This document shows, in pieces, positions 9,068-17,971 of a stretch of DNA of 59,500 nucleotides. A program made the position numbers and the translations under genes. Under the pieces are notes generated by a model that saw nothing but the letters and a program-made list of their open reading frames with translations, was not told the DNA's origin and ran no database searches. Numbering within the stretch: the first letter of the stretch is position 1; each line of letters starts with the position of its first letter. This DNA is from Candidatus Saccharimonas sp. (GTDB taxonomy: Bacteria; Patescibacteriota; Saccharimonadia; Saccharimonadales; EFPC-124): NCBI GenBank assembly GCA_035478375.1, contig DATIJQ010000024.1, positions 1 to 59,500 on the forward strand, given 5' to 3'.

Positions 9068-10392
9068 AGTATACCCTCCAAAAGTTTGCGGGATGCTGGC
9101 GGCACATTGGTAAAATCGGGTTTTAGTATGTCTTGCACTAATGTATCTGGGTTTTTAAGCACAATGTGCGTGGCAAAATCGCGCCCAATTGGCGTTTGAG
9201 CAAATTCTGGTTTTTTGAGCGCAAGGTGCATGGCGGCGCGCATTTCATCAGGCGTGCCGACGCAGTCAAAGGGTTTAATGCCTTCGGCGCCCCATAGCTG
9301 ACGATACGTGTGCAGCAAGGTTTCGTCGTCGAATAAGTTTTTGCCGTACATGGTAATAACAGTAGTTCCGGGCAACACCGCAGCATACAACGCAAAAATG
9401 AAGCAACATTTGTAGCAGTGACCGCACCAGGCGCCTTGGTGTGGATCTTTGCTGAGCATCAGCCAGTTTTGGTTACAACTAGTAGTATGTGCAAAAAAGT
9501 TGGGGTAGTTGGCAAAGATTTCAGCAATTTTAAGTTCGCTTAACGGTCGCAGTGGGTTGAGGTACTGCACTTTATTTGTAACAAAATTTTGGATGTAATT
9601 AGTGACGAGTTTTTCGGCTTCAATGCCCTTGCTCCATTGGTGGTTAACGGTCATGCCAAGGTAATCGACGTTGCCGTAATCGGCGCTGCGTTCGTTGCTA
9701 AACGCCACGCTGTCGTGGCCGCTCAGCAGGGCAATAACGATGCTTAAAAACGTAATGTAACCAGTGATTGGTACGTGACCGTTGTAGGCACCTTGACTGT
9801 TGAGGGTGAACAGCTGCGGGTCCAATTGGCGCTCGACCGTAATGCGTGGCAGGCTGGTTAGGTCAGCGAGTTCGTCAATGTATTTGTGCGCACGCAACCT
9901 AAAAATCGTTGGGCGAATACCACGTTGCTGTAAAAGTTGCATCGTTACAATAGAATCTTTGCCACCACCGAACGGCAATAGAGTTTTGGTCTGCTCAACA
10001 GTAGTCTTTTGTAATGTAACTGCTGTATTTTTTGTAACAGGGAAGTTGATTAAGCCGCGAAAATCAAGCTTATTTTGGTAAAAGAATTCACCTAAACCGT
10101 GAGTATAAAATGTGTTCCAAAACGTCGCTTGTTCGGCGTTTAAATCGCCGCTGCGCACCATACTATTTTTGGGACAAAAGGCTTTGTAATAACTAACGCC
10201 GCCGGCCAAATGCAAAGCAAAAAGCGCACGCTGCACGTCTGGTGAGTCGGCGAGGTCGAGCGGCACGTCAGCCGGCAAGGGGAGTGCTTCGGTAAAGTTT
10301 AACTCGTCGTCAAAACTGTAGCGCAGCAAAATAGTGCGTGTGGTTTTGTCGATTTCAAAGCTATCAAAAATAAAACGGCTGGGTGTGTCCAT
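9064..10392 (-). CDS. PP-loop (adenine-nucleotide alpha-hydrolase) ATPase; candidate MurL-like UDP-MurNAc-L-Ala-L-Glu epimerase
   Basis: 442 aa with an internal PP-loop LLPFGGGKDSIVT and a C-terminal CGHCYKCC motif. Translationally coupled to murD (4-nt overlap). The PP-loop call is solid; the MurL assignment is contextual inference. Confidence 0.6.
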   Translation of the reverse strand: MDTPSRFIFDSFEIDKTTRTILLRYSFDDELNFTEALPLPADVPLDLADSPDVQRALFALHLAGGVSYYKAFCPKNSMVRSGDLNAEQATFWNTFYTHGLGEFFYQNKLDFRGLINFPVTKNTAVTLQKTTVEQTKTLLPFGGGKDSIVTMQLLQQRGIRPTIFRLRAHKYIDELADLTSLPRITVERQLDPQLFTLNSQGAYNGHVPITGYITFLSIVIALLSGHDSVAFSNERSADYGNVDYLGMTVNHQWSKGIEAEKLVTNYIQNFVTNKVQYLNPLRPLSELKIAEIFANYPNFFAHTTSCNQNWLMLSKDPHQGAWCGHCYKCCFIFALYAAVLPGTTVITMYGKNLFDDETLLHTYRQLWGAEGIKPFDCVGTPDEMRAAMHLALKKPEFAQTPIGRDFATHIVLKNPDTLVQDILKPDFTNVPPASRKLLEGIL

Positions 10393-10489
10393 ACTTATAG
10401 TATACCTTTTTGCGGATAGAAATGAGCTTACAAATTGACAAGCTCTGCGGTATTCTAAACAGGCAATCTACTGTAGCGATTGGAGTACT

Positions 10490-10837
10490 GTGTCGACTCC
10501 CGATTTTGGTTCTGAGCTGAAGCGCTTCGCCGTACATGTGTTTCCGGGCGAATATGTTGGCCCCGTGTATGTACATGTCGCCGCACAGGGAAACGAAGTC
10601 AACGATGTAAATGTTGAGCTACTGTGGGGACCCCTCCGATTCGCAATTGAGCTGGGAGATGTTGACGAGAAAGGCTACGCGTTGGTGTGCGCCAAAATCA
10701 AGCCCGAGGAAAACCCGCCGCCGCTGCGCGTTCGGATTAACGCCTACCTGAATATTACGTTTGGCCAAGGCGACAGCCCACTGCCATACGAATACATCAA
10801 GGATTGCAATGAGGGCTGGGTCCCGGCGTCGTCCTAG
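10490..10837 (+). CDS. Hypothetical protein (GC-rich island orphan)
   Basis: 115 aa. GTG start 4 nt after GGAG (10482-10485). Followed by a terminator hairpin at 10877-10916. Confidence 0.45.
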   Translation: MSTPDFGSELKRFAVHVFPGEYVGPVYVHVAAQGNEVNDVNVELLWGPLRFAIELGDVDEKGYALVCAKIKPEENPPPLRVRINAYLNITFGQGDSPLPYEYIKDCNEGWVPASS

Positions 10838-10876
10838 GCTTTTTACAGTGGTCGCACCGCGCCTGCACTGACAACC

Positions 10877-10916
10877 GGAACGCCCTGCGCCGGTTGCCGG
10901 TGTGGGGCGTTTTCCT
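10877..10916 (+). terminator. Intrinsic terminator after the 10490-10837 orphan
   Basis: AACGCCC ... GGGCGTT stem with an inner CCGG/CCGG pairing, followed by TTTCCTT. Confidence 0.55.
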
Positions 10917-10945
10917 TGAATGCAATCCCAGGTATAATAAAACAG

Positions 10946-12022
10946 ATGGACGAACTCATAAAAAAAATCACACGCTTGCGGGCGGATGTAACAGCTGGGC
11001 TTAAAAAGCTTGGCGTCGAAAAATTGCAGGCCAGCATTGCCGACCTGCAAAATCAAATGGCCGCACCCGATTTTTGGCAAGATGTGCAAGCGGCTCAAAA
11101 AATTGCCCAGCGCGAGTCAAAAATGCGCGCCCAACTCGAACCCTGGCAAACGTTAAATGGGGAAGTGAACGACGCGCTGGAACTTGCTAACGCTGGCGAC
11201 GCGGGTCTGCAGGCGGAACTCACTACACAGCTTGCAGAGCTCGAAAAAAACTACGCTATCCTTAAACAAGATCTACTTTTTAGCGGTCGCTACGATGACC
11301 ACGACGCTATTTTGCGCCTCAGCGCTGGCGTTGGCGGCACCGACGCGCAGGATTGGACGGCCATGTTGCTGCGCATGTACACCCGGTGGGCCGAGCAGAA
11401 CAACCTAAAAACCGAACTCATAGAAGAATCACCGGGCGAAGAAGCCGGCCTAAAAAGCGTCAGCATAAGCGTCAGTGGCCCGTATGCGTATGGCAAATTA
11501 AAAAGCGAGCACGGTGTGCACCGGTTGGTGCGCCTCAGCCCATTTAATGCTGACAACTTGCGCCAGACCAGTTTTGCGTTGGTTGAGGTTTTGCCTCAAA
11601 TCGACGCGCCCGACGAAGTTATTATTGACGATAAAGACCTGCGCATTGACGTCTACCGCAGCGGCGGTCACGGCGGCCAAAGTGTCAACACAACAGATAG
11701 TGCGGTGCGCATAACGCACGTGCCGACGGGTATTGTGGTGAGCATCCAAAACGAACGCAGCCAGCTACAAAACAAAGAAACAGCCATGAAAATTTTGCGC
11801 AGCAAATTGGCGCAATTGCAGCTCGAACAACATAAAGAAAAGCTCGCCGACCTTAAAGCTACAAAATCTGCCGACTGGGGCAGCCAAATCCGCAACTACG
11901 TTTTGCACCCGTACACATTAGTAAAAGACACACGCACGGGGCACGAAACTCACGACGCGCAAGGTGTTTTAGATGGTGCATTGAATCCGTTTATAGAGGC
12001 GTATTTGACGAAGGTAGGGTAG
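10946..12022 (+). CDS. prfB: Peptide chain release factor 2 (single continuous ORF, no programmed +1 frameshift)
   Basis: Contains the RF2-specific SPF tripeptide (RLSPFNADN) and the GGQ motif (SGGHGGQSVNTTDSAVRITHVPTG). ATG 10946 lies 7 nt after TATAAT 10933-10938. Confidence 0.92.
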   Translation: MDELIKKITRLRADVTAGLKKLGVEKLQASIADLQNQMAAPDFWQDVQAAQKIAQRESKMRAQLEPWQTLNGEVNDALELANAGDAGLQAELTTQLAELEKNYAILKQDLLFSGRYDDHDAILRLSAGVGGTDAQDWTAMLLRMYTRWAEQNNLKTELIEESPGEEAGLKSVSISVSGPYAYGKLKSEHGVHRLVRLSPFNADNLRQTSFALVEVLPQIDAPDEVIIDDKDLRIDVYRSGGHGGQSVNTTDSAVRITHVPTGIVVSIQNERSQLQNKETAMKILRSKLAQLQLEQHKEKLADLKATKSADWGSQIRNYVLHPYTLVKDTRTGHETHDAQGVLDGALNPFIEAYLTKVG

Positions 12023-12188
12023 TTGCTTTTAGAATTCGCCGGTACTGCCTGCCAACTCTGGCCTTCGGAACTTGCGAAGCCGCGAGTGGCGTCCCACGGG
12101 GCGGATGGGGCGACGAGGCTCGCGGGGTTGCAAATGTGGATTAGGCGAGGCGGGACTAGCAATCGTCTTTTGCGCCCCATCATGCTTG

Positions 12189-12207
12189 TGCTACAATGGT
12201 TTTAATG
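12189..12207 (+). promoter_or_regulatory. Extended -10 promoter abutting the ftsE start (leaderless layout)
   Basis: TGcTACAAT at 12189-12197, a 7-nt spacer, then ATG 12205. Confidence 0.55.
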
Positions 12208-12894
12208 ATTTTGCTGGATCGTGTCACCAAAATCTTTGGCAAAGAGAACAAACCCGCGCTTAATCGCATCAGTTTACACATCGAACCCAAAGAATTCGTT
12301 ATTATCGTCGGCACCAGTGGCGCTGGGAAGTCGACACTGCTCAAATTGCTCACGCGTGAAGAAAAACCGACCAACGGCAAAATCGTTGTTGGCGGTATTG
12401 ATTACGACACATTAAAAGACAAGAATATTCCGCTGCTGCGCCGTAAAATTGGTGTAGTGTTCCAAGATTTTAAGTTATTGCCGCAGCGCACTGTGTTCGA
12501 AAATATATCATTCGCGCTAGAGATTGCCGGCATGAGCAACCGCGAAATCAAAAACACCGTACCAAAAGTCATCGAACTCGTTGGGCTCACTGGCAAAGAG
12601 ACTAAATTCCCTGGCGAACTATCTGGCGGCGAACGCCAACGTGTCGCCATCGCCCGTGCCGTTGTCCGTCAGCCAAAGATTTTAATCGCCGACGAACCGA
12701 CCGGTAACCTTGACCCCAAACACAGCTGGGACATTGTACGCCTGCTCGAAAAAATCAACCGCTATGGCACCACTGTCTTGCTTACCACCCACAACCAGGA
12801 TATTGTTAATAAACTCAAACGCCGCGTCATAACCATTGACCACGGAAAGATTGTCGCCGATGTTGCACAAGGCAGCTACCGCCAAGGCGAATAA
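12205..12894 (+). CDS. ftsE: Cell-division ABC ATPase FtsE
   Basis: Walker A GTSGAGKST, signature LSGGERQR, Walker B ILIADEPT. Followed directly by ftsX. The ATG at 12196 lies inside the -10 box, so 12205 is preferred. Confidence 0.9.
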   Translation: MILLDRVTKIFGKENKPALNRISLHIEPKEFVIIVGTSGAGKSTLLKLLTREEKPTNGKIVVGGIDYDTLKDKNIPLLRRKIGVVFQDFKLLPQRTVFENISFALEIAGMSNREIKNTVPKVIELVGLTGKETKFPGELSGGERQRVAIARAVVRQPKILIADEPTGNLDPKHSWDIVRLLEKINRYGTTVLLTTHNQDIVNKLKRRVITIDHGKIVADVAQGSYRQGE

Positions 12895-12913
12895 AAGGAA
12901 GCGCAAACAGATT

Positions 12914-13867
12914 ATGCGACGCAAATGGATTACAATACTGCGGGTCGTCCGCTACGGCATCAGCAACTTTACCCGTAACGCGTGGCTGACCGTTGCCGCC
13001 ACCATTGTTATGATTATTACGCTGACCATTGTTATGGTCACGGTCACTGCTCATTTTGTTTTTGATGATACATTGGCGGTGTTCCGGCAAAAAATTGATA
13101 TTTCGGTGTATCTATGTGATACCGATGTACCGGGTTGTAATACAAACGTGACAGACGCGCAGCGCCAACAACTCACAGACGATATAAAACGGCTGTCATT
13201 TGTCACCAGTACCGATTACGTCACAAAAAATGATGCACGCCAGGCATTTATTCAAGATAACCAAAGTGATGTACAAAAATTACAAGCACTACAAACATTA
13301 GGGGACCGCAACCCGTTGCCAGCCAGTTTGCGCGTGCACGTTAACGACACCAACCGCTTAAATGATATTAGTAATTTGGTCAACCAATCTAAGTATAAGT
13401 CGTGGCAGGCACGGCCGGCTTCGATTTCTGGTTCACGTAAAGATGCTATTGAGTCGCTCGCCCGAGCAGCGCAGTATGCCGAACTTGGCGGTTTTGCAAT
13501 TTCGGGATTGTTCTTATTTATATCAATCATGATAATTTTTAACACTATTCGCATGGCCATTTTTAACCGCCGCGACGAAATCGAAATTATGAAACTTATT
13601 GGGGCAGAAAAGAGCTTTATCCGCGGACCATTCATCGTCGAAGCGTCGCTGTATGGTATTATTGCCGCAATCGTTTCGGTCGCTTTAATGTACAGCGTGC
13701 TGTTGTTCGCCGGCCCGAGCCTTTCTAATGCTGGTATTGATGTTGATGGCACGGTAAAATTCTTTACCGCTTGGCCAGTTTTAGTGTTTAGCGCCCAAGT
13801 GTTGGTCGGTATATTTATCGGTGTTGTGTCGTCGCTTATGGCCATGCGCCGTTACTTAAAAGTGTAG
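12914..13867 (+). CDS. ftsX: Cell-division permease-like protein FtsX
   Basis: N-terminus MRRKWITILRVVRYGISNFTRNAWLT, a large extracellular loop, and three C-terminal TM helices. Sits directly after ftsE. Confidence 0.85.
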   Translation: MRRKWITILRVVRYGISNFTRNAWLTVAATIVMIITLTIVMVTVTAHFVFDDTLAVFRQKIDISVYLCDTDVPGCNTNVTDAQRQQLTDDIKRLSFVTSTDYVTKNDARQAFIQDNQSDVQKLQALQTLGDRNPLPASLRVHVNDTNRLNDISNLVNQSKYKSWQARPASISGSRKDAIESLARAAQYAELGGFAISGLFLFISIMIIFNTIRMAIFNRRDEIEIMKLIGAEKSFIRGPFIVEASLYGIIAAIVSVALMYSVLLFAGPSLSNAGIDVDGTVKFFTAWPVLVFSAQVLVGIFIGVVSSLMAMRRYLKV

Positions 13868-13925
13868 GCACTACGCATTGACGCGCGGCATCTTTTAGGC
13901 TATTATAAAAACGCTTATTCTTACC

Positions 13926-15044
13926 ATGAAGATATATACGATTACTAAAATGACTAAACGCATAACGCTCACCATAACGGCAGCGCTATTAGCCGTGCTT
14001 GTGCCGGTTTCGGCGGTTAATGCAGATAGCTACGACGACCAAATTAAAGCACTGCAAAACGAAGTCACTAATTACCAATCGCAAGCGGCGTCCATTCACG
14101 CTCAGGCTGACACGCTGCAAAACCAACTAAATTCTATGCAAGCAACGTCGGCTGGTCTGCAGGCGCAAATTGATCTCAATACGGCAACGGTTAACCAGTT
14201 AAATCAGCAAATTGCCGATACAGAAGCTAAAATTAATGCCCAAAAAGATAGTTTAAGTGGTGATTTAGTGTCGCTGTATTTAGATAGTTCAGTAACGCCA
14301 ATCGAGGCGCTAGCGTCATCCAAAAGCATTTCTGATTTTATAGACAAACAAGAATACCGCGACACCATTCGCCAAGATTTGCAGAATGGTATTAGCACGG
14401 TTACGCAGCTTAAAAAAGATTTAAGTGACAAAAAGACATCAGTACAGCAGACACTCAACGACCAATCAAGCCAAAAGGCGGCACTTGCTGCGCAAGAAAC
14501 CGCCCAAGCCAACCTGCTCGCCCAAACCCAGGGGCAAGAAGCTGCCTACCAGCAAATTGCATCGCAAAAAAATGCCCAAATTAGTACGTTGCGTGCGCAG
14601 CAAGTCGCGGCTAACCTTAAGTGGGGCGGCAATGTTAGCTATTCACCGCGTGGCGGTGGCTATCCGTCGTACTGGAACGATATACCAATGGACAGCACCT
14701 TAGATAACTGGGGTATGTACAACCGTGAGTGCGTTAGTTTTGCTGCATTTAAAGTTGCTTCGTCGGGCAGGCACATGCCGTATTGGGGTGGTTCGGGCAA
14801 TGCTATACAATGGCCGGGCAATGCGCGTGCAAGTGGTATCCCGGTTGACCAAAATCCAAAAGCTGGTGACGTCGCTATTTGGCCAGTTGGTTATTATGGC
14901 CACGCAATGTACGTCGAAGGTGTCTCAAACGGTAACTTAGCTATTAGCGAATACAATTACGACTGGACTGGCCGCTATAGCGAGCGCACCGTTAGCGCAA
15001 GCACGTGGCAAGCGCAAGGTTTTGTGTTTATCCACTTCCAGTAA
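13926..15044 (+). CDS. Secreted coiled-coil + CHAP-domain peptidoglycan hydrolase (PcsB-like)
   Basis: Signal peptide (...LAVLVPVSAVNA), a long Q/A/L-rich heptad region, and a C-terminal CHAP domain (NRECVSFAAFKV ... GHAMYVE). An alternative start is at 13950. Confidence 0.75.
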   Translation: MKIYTITKMTKRITLTITAALLAVLVPVSAVNADSYDDQIKALQNEVTNYQSQAASIHAQADTLQNQLNSMQATSAGLQAQIDLNTATVNQLNQQIADTEAKINAQKDSLSGDLVSLYLDSSVTPIEALASSKSISDFIDKQEYRDTIRQDLQNGISTVTQLKKDLSDKKTSVQQTLNDQSSQKAALAAQETAQANLLAQTQGQEAAYQQIASQKNAQISTLRAQQVAANLKWGGNVSYSPRGGGYPSYWNDIPMDSTLDNWGMYNRECVSFAAFKVASSGRHMPYWGGSGNAIQWPGNARASGIPVDQNPKAGDVAIWPVGYYGHAMYVEGVSNGNLAISEYNYDWTGRYSERTVSASTWQAQGFVFIHFQ

Positions 15045-15131
15045 CGTGGCAAATCTCACCACATAAAACGCAAGCATTTCGTGCTACTATTACATAAGTG
15101 AAATCTGTAAAACCGTGGAGGGTAGACGGCC

Positions 15132-16373
15132 GTGGTAACTGCTACTGATAAAAATGCATTAACGGCTGGCAAAAAAAAGCCCGCTAAAAAATTCCCGCGC
15201 CAGGTGCGTACAACGACATTTATTGGCGTCGCTATTGTTGTAGCGCTGGCATCATTTATTTTGGGCAGCCGCAGCCAAGATATTGCAGCGCTTATTTGGG
15301 GGCACAACCAAAATTCTGGTTTGCCGAGTCAACTAGATTTGTCGAGCTTACAAGATGTATACAAAACTCTCAGGCAAAATTTTGACGGCCAACTTGACAC
15401 ACAAAAGCTTGTTGATGGCGCCAAAAAAGGACTAACGTCGGCGGCTGGCGACCAATATACGGTTTTCTTTACAAATGCCGAAGCTAAACAGTTCCAAGAT
15501 GATTTAGATGGCAAGTTTAGCGGTATCGGTGCTGAGCTCGACAAAAAAGACAATAATTTAATCGTGCAGTCAACGCTCGACAGCTCGCCAGCTCGCAACG
15601 CCGGGTTGCAAAGTGGCGACATTATTACAAAAGTAAACGACCAAGACACAACAAACTGGTCAATCGACCAAGCTGTATCGGCGATTAGGGGCGACAAAGG
15701 CACCACTGTTAAATTAGCAATTGTGCGTGGCCAAGAACTCAAAGAATTTTCTATTGTCCGCGACAACATCGTAAACCCGAGCGTCACGTGGCAAGCGCTC
15801 GATGGCGGCATTGGGTACATACGTATTTCGCGCTTTGCCGATGACACGGCAAAATTATCGCAGCAGGCAGCCGCCGACCTTAGGCAAAAGAATGTTAGCA
15901 GTATTATATTGGACCTCCGTGGTGATGGTGGTGGTTACGTCGATGCCGCTCAAAGCGTGGCGAGTCTGTGGCTTAAAACAGGCGGCACCATTGTGCAAGA
16001 AAAGCGCGACAACACCGTTATTGACACTAAGACTGCGAGCGGCGACGCGCTGTTAGCTGGTCTTCAAACAGTTGTGCTTATAGATGGCGACACCGCCAGT
16101 GCCAGCGAAATTACTGCCGGCGCCTTGCATGACCACGGTGCGGCAAAGTTAGTTGGTCAAAAATCGTTTGGCAAAGGATCGGTCCAACAAATACTCGGTA
16201 TTCCGTCCGGTGGCGACTTAAAGGTGACAATAGCAAAGTGGTTCACGCCAAACGGTGTTAACATCTCTAAAGAGGGCATTAAACCAGATGTCGAAATTGG
16301 TATCTCGCCCGACGACATCAGCGCCGGCCGCGATCCGCAAAAAGACAAAGCAATTGACTTGCTTAAAAAATAA
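15132..16373 (+). CDS. ctpA: S41 carboxy-terminal processing protease with PDZ domain
   Basis: PDZ segment GIGAELD...SPARNAGLQSGDIITKVND and S41 core LDLRGDGGGYVDAA ... DGDTASASEI ... GQKSFGKGSVQ. GTG start 10 nt after GGAGG. Confidence 0.85.
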   Translation: MVTATDKNALTAGKKKPAKKFPRQVRTTTFIGVAIVVALASFILGSRSQDIAALIWGHNQNSGLPSQLDLSSLQDVYKTLRQNFDGQLDTQKLVDGAKKGLTSAAGDQYTVFFTNAEAKQFQDDLDGKFSGIGAELDKKDNNLIVQSTLDSSPARNAGLQSGDIITKVNDQDTTNWSIDQAVSAIRGDKGTTVKLAIVRGQELKEFSIVRDNIVNPSVTWQALDGGIGYIRISRFADDTAKLSQQAAADLRQKNVSSIILDLRGDGGGYVDAAQSVASLWLKTGGTIVQEKRDNTVIDTKTASGDALLAGLQTVVLIDGDTASASEITAGALHDHGAAKLVGQKSFGKGSVQQILGIPSGGDLKVTIAKWFTPNGVNISKEGIKPDVEIGISPDDISAGRDPQKDKAIDLLKK

Positions 16374-16398
16374 CGGCATATGATACACTTAAAGTAGT

Positions 16399-16779
16399 AT
16401 GAACCCTAAGAAAAAAATCCTGCTCGTAGAAGACGATAAGGCACTTGCCGATGTGTATGTGTCACGCCTGCAGCTTGAGGGGCTCGATGTAAAACATGTA
16501 CTCAATGGCGAAGATGCCCTGTCGGCCGCTATTGAATACAAACCAGACCTTATTGTACTCGATGCCATGATGCCTAAAATTAGCGGTTTCGACGTGCTCG
16601 ATATTTTGCGTAACACACCCGAAACCATGAACGTGCGCATTATTATGCTCACTGCGCTCAGTCAAACCAAAGACAAAGAAATGGCCGAAAAACTAGGTGC
16701 CGACGATTACCTAGTAAAATCGCAAGTCGTTATTGGCGACGTTGTTGCACGCATAAAACATCACCTGGGCCTAGCATAA
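16399..16779 (+). CDS. Stand-alone response-regulator receiver domain (CheY-like)
   Basis: KKILLVEDD ... DLIVLDAMMPKISG ... IIMLTA ... DDYLVKS. The acidic pocket, phospho-Asp, Thr and Lys positions are all present. There is no output domain. Confidence 0.85.
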   Translation: MNPKKKILLVEDDKALADVYVSRLQLEGLDVKHVLNGEDALSAAIEYKPDLIVLDAMMPKISGFDVLDILRNTPETMNVRIIMLTALSQTKDKEMAEKLGADDYLVKSQVVIGDVVARIKHHLGLA

Positions 16780-16838
16780 GCGTATTGACATAAGGCAGAA
16801 ACGTTGCTATGTTTAAGTAGTAAACGTAGAAAATAAAA

Positions 16839-17618
16839 ATGCCTGCAGAAAATTTGAAACCAATAAGCTGGGAACGCGTACCAGACCCCAACAAAGACAC
16901 TAAGAGACACCGTAAAGTCGGCAGGTTGGCGGCTTTTGCGCAGCGGCTTAGGGCGATAACCGAGAGGCCCTTACGGAAGCCGGAGTACCCAACGGCTCCC
17001 CAAAACAACGCAGAGACCTCTGTACCCGCCGTTCAGGGGGGTGAATATAATCCTCAACACGAAGCACCGCAAAATATTCCCGCCAACAAACCCGAGACGC
17101 CGCCCAAACCACCAACCGAATTTCCTGAACGAACGCTAGAAGCAGTACCACCTGTCATAGACAGCGAATTTGCGCAATCATTAAACAACAAGACCGAGCA
17201 AAGCGGTGGCCGCCATCGCCCCGAAAACGACGACCAGGTTAAGAATTATTCTGTTGACGCCATCACCAACCGTATAAATGCCGAACGCGCGGCGGCAGAA
17301 CAGCAGAATGCCAACATTATTGGTACGCCAGCTTGGCACGAACAACAGCTTGTTGGGCAGATGAACCACGAACTACCTCAATATGAGCAGCGTCAAAACG
17401 ATGAAGCATTCGCCAATAGGGCAGAAGTCATCGGTTCAGATGCATGGCACCAACAGCAAGCGAGCACGGACGCTGAACATAGATTCCGTACCACCGATGA
17501 CGTTATTGGTGAAAACGAATTCCCAGTCTTCCGTGGTAACTTACGTAGCATAAATCATCGGCCTCCTGAACAGAATCACGATGATAATGAACATCCGCCC
17601 ATGCAAAATGCAGCCTAG
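16839..17618 (+). CDS. Low-complexity (Q/N/P/E-rich), probably disordered protein with an internal repeat
   Basis: 259 aa with no hydrophobic core. The repeat IIGTPAWHEQQL / VIGSDAWHQQQA is present. Followed by a strong bidirectional terminator. Confidence 0.45.
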   Translation: MPAENLKPISWERVPDPNKDTKRHRKVGRLAAFAQRLRAITERPLRKPEYPTAPQNNAETSVPAVQGGEYNPQHEAPQNIPANKPETPPKPPTEFPERTLEAVPPVIDSEFAQSLNNKTEQSGGRHRPENDDQVKNYSVDAITNRINAERAAAEQQNANIIGTPAWHEQQLVGQMNHELPQYEQRQNDEAFANRAEVIGSDAWHQQQASTDAEHRFRTTDDVIGENEFPVFRGNLRSINHRPPEQNHDDNEHPPMQNAA

Positions 17619-17631
17619 CCGGAATCACCAT

Positions 17632-17661
17632 AAAAAAGACGCCTTACGCGGCGTCTTTTTT
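17632..17661. terminator. Bidirectional intrinsic terminator between 16839-17618 (+) and rpmA (-)
   Basis: AAAAAA-GACGCC-ttacgc-GGCGTC-TTTTTT. The rpmA stop codon lies within the loop. Confidence 0.8.
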
Positions 17662-17955
17662 AGCTGTTTTAACTGTCTGTTGTGGCTCGACCACGACTTG
17701 CGTGCGCGGTGCGGTTTTGCCAGTAAACCGTTTGGTTTTGACTTTTTTGAAACCAATGACGCCGTCAATTGCAGCGTGAATAGTAAAATCACGACTTATA
17801 AACGTGCCTTTGCCGGCTAGTTTAGTACGACCAACTTGGCGAACCAAAACTTCACCAGCGTGGACCAATTGGCCGCCAAAGCGTTTAACGCCAAGGCGTT
17901 GGCCGGGTGAGTCGTGGATATTGCGGCTGGTACCAGCGGCTTTTACATGTGACAT
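17644..17955 (-). CDS. rpmA: 50S ribosomal protein L27
   Basis: MSHVKAAGTSRNIHDSPGQRLGVKRFGGQLVHAGEVLVRQ matches the conserved L27 N-terminus. Confidence 0.92.
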   Translation of the reverse strand: MSHVKAAGTSRNIHDSPGQRLGVKRFGGQLVHAGEVLVRQVGRTKLAGKGTFISRDFTIHAAIDGVIGFKKVKTKRFTGKTAPRTQVVVEPQQTVKTAKKDAA

Positions 17956-17971
17956 ACCAAGATTACTCCTG

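Noticed and set aside
10946-12022. Programmed +1 frameshift in prfB
   Set aside because: The RF2 ORF is continuous from MDELIKK to the stop. There is no in-frame TGA near codon 25 and no CTTTGAC slippery site.
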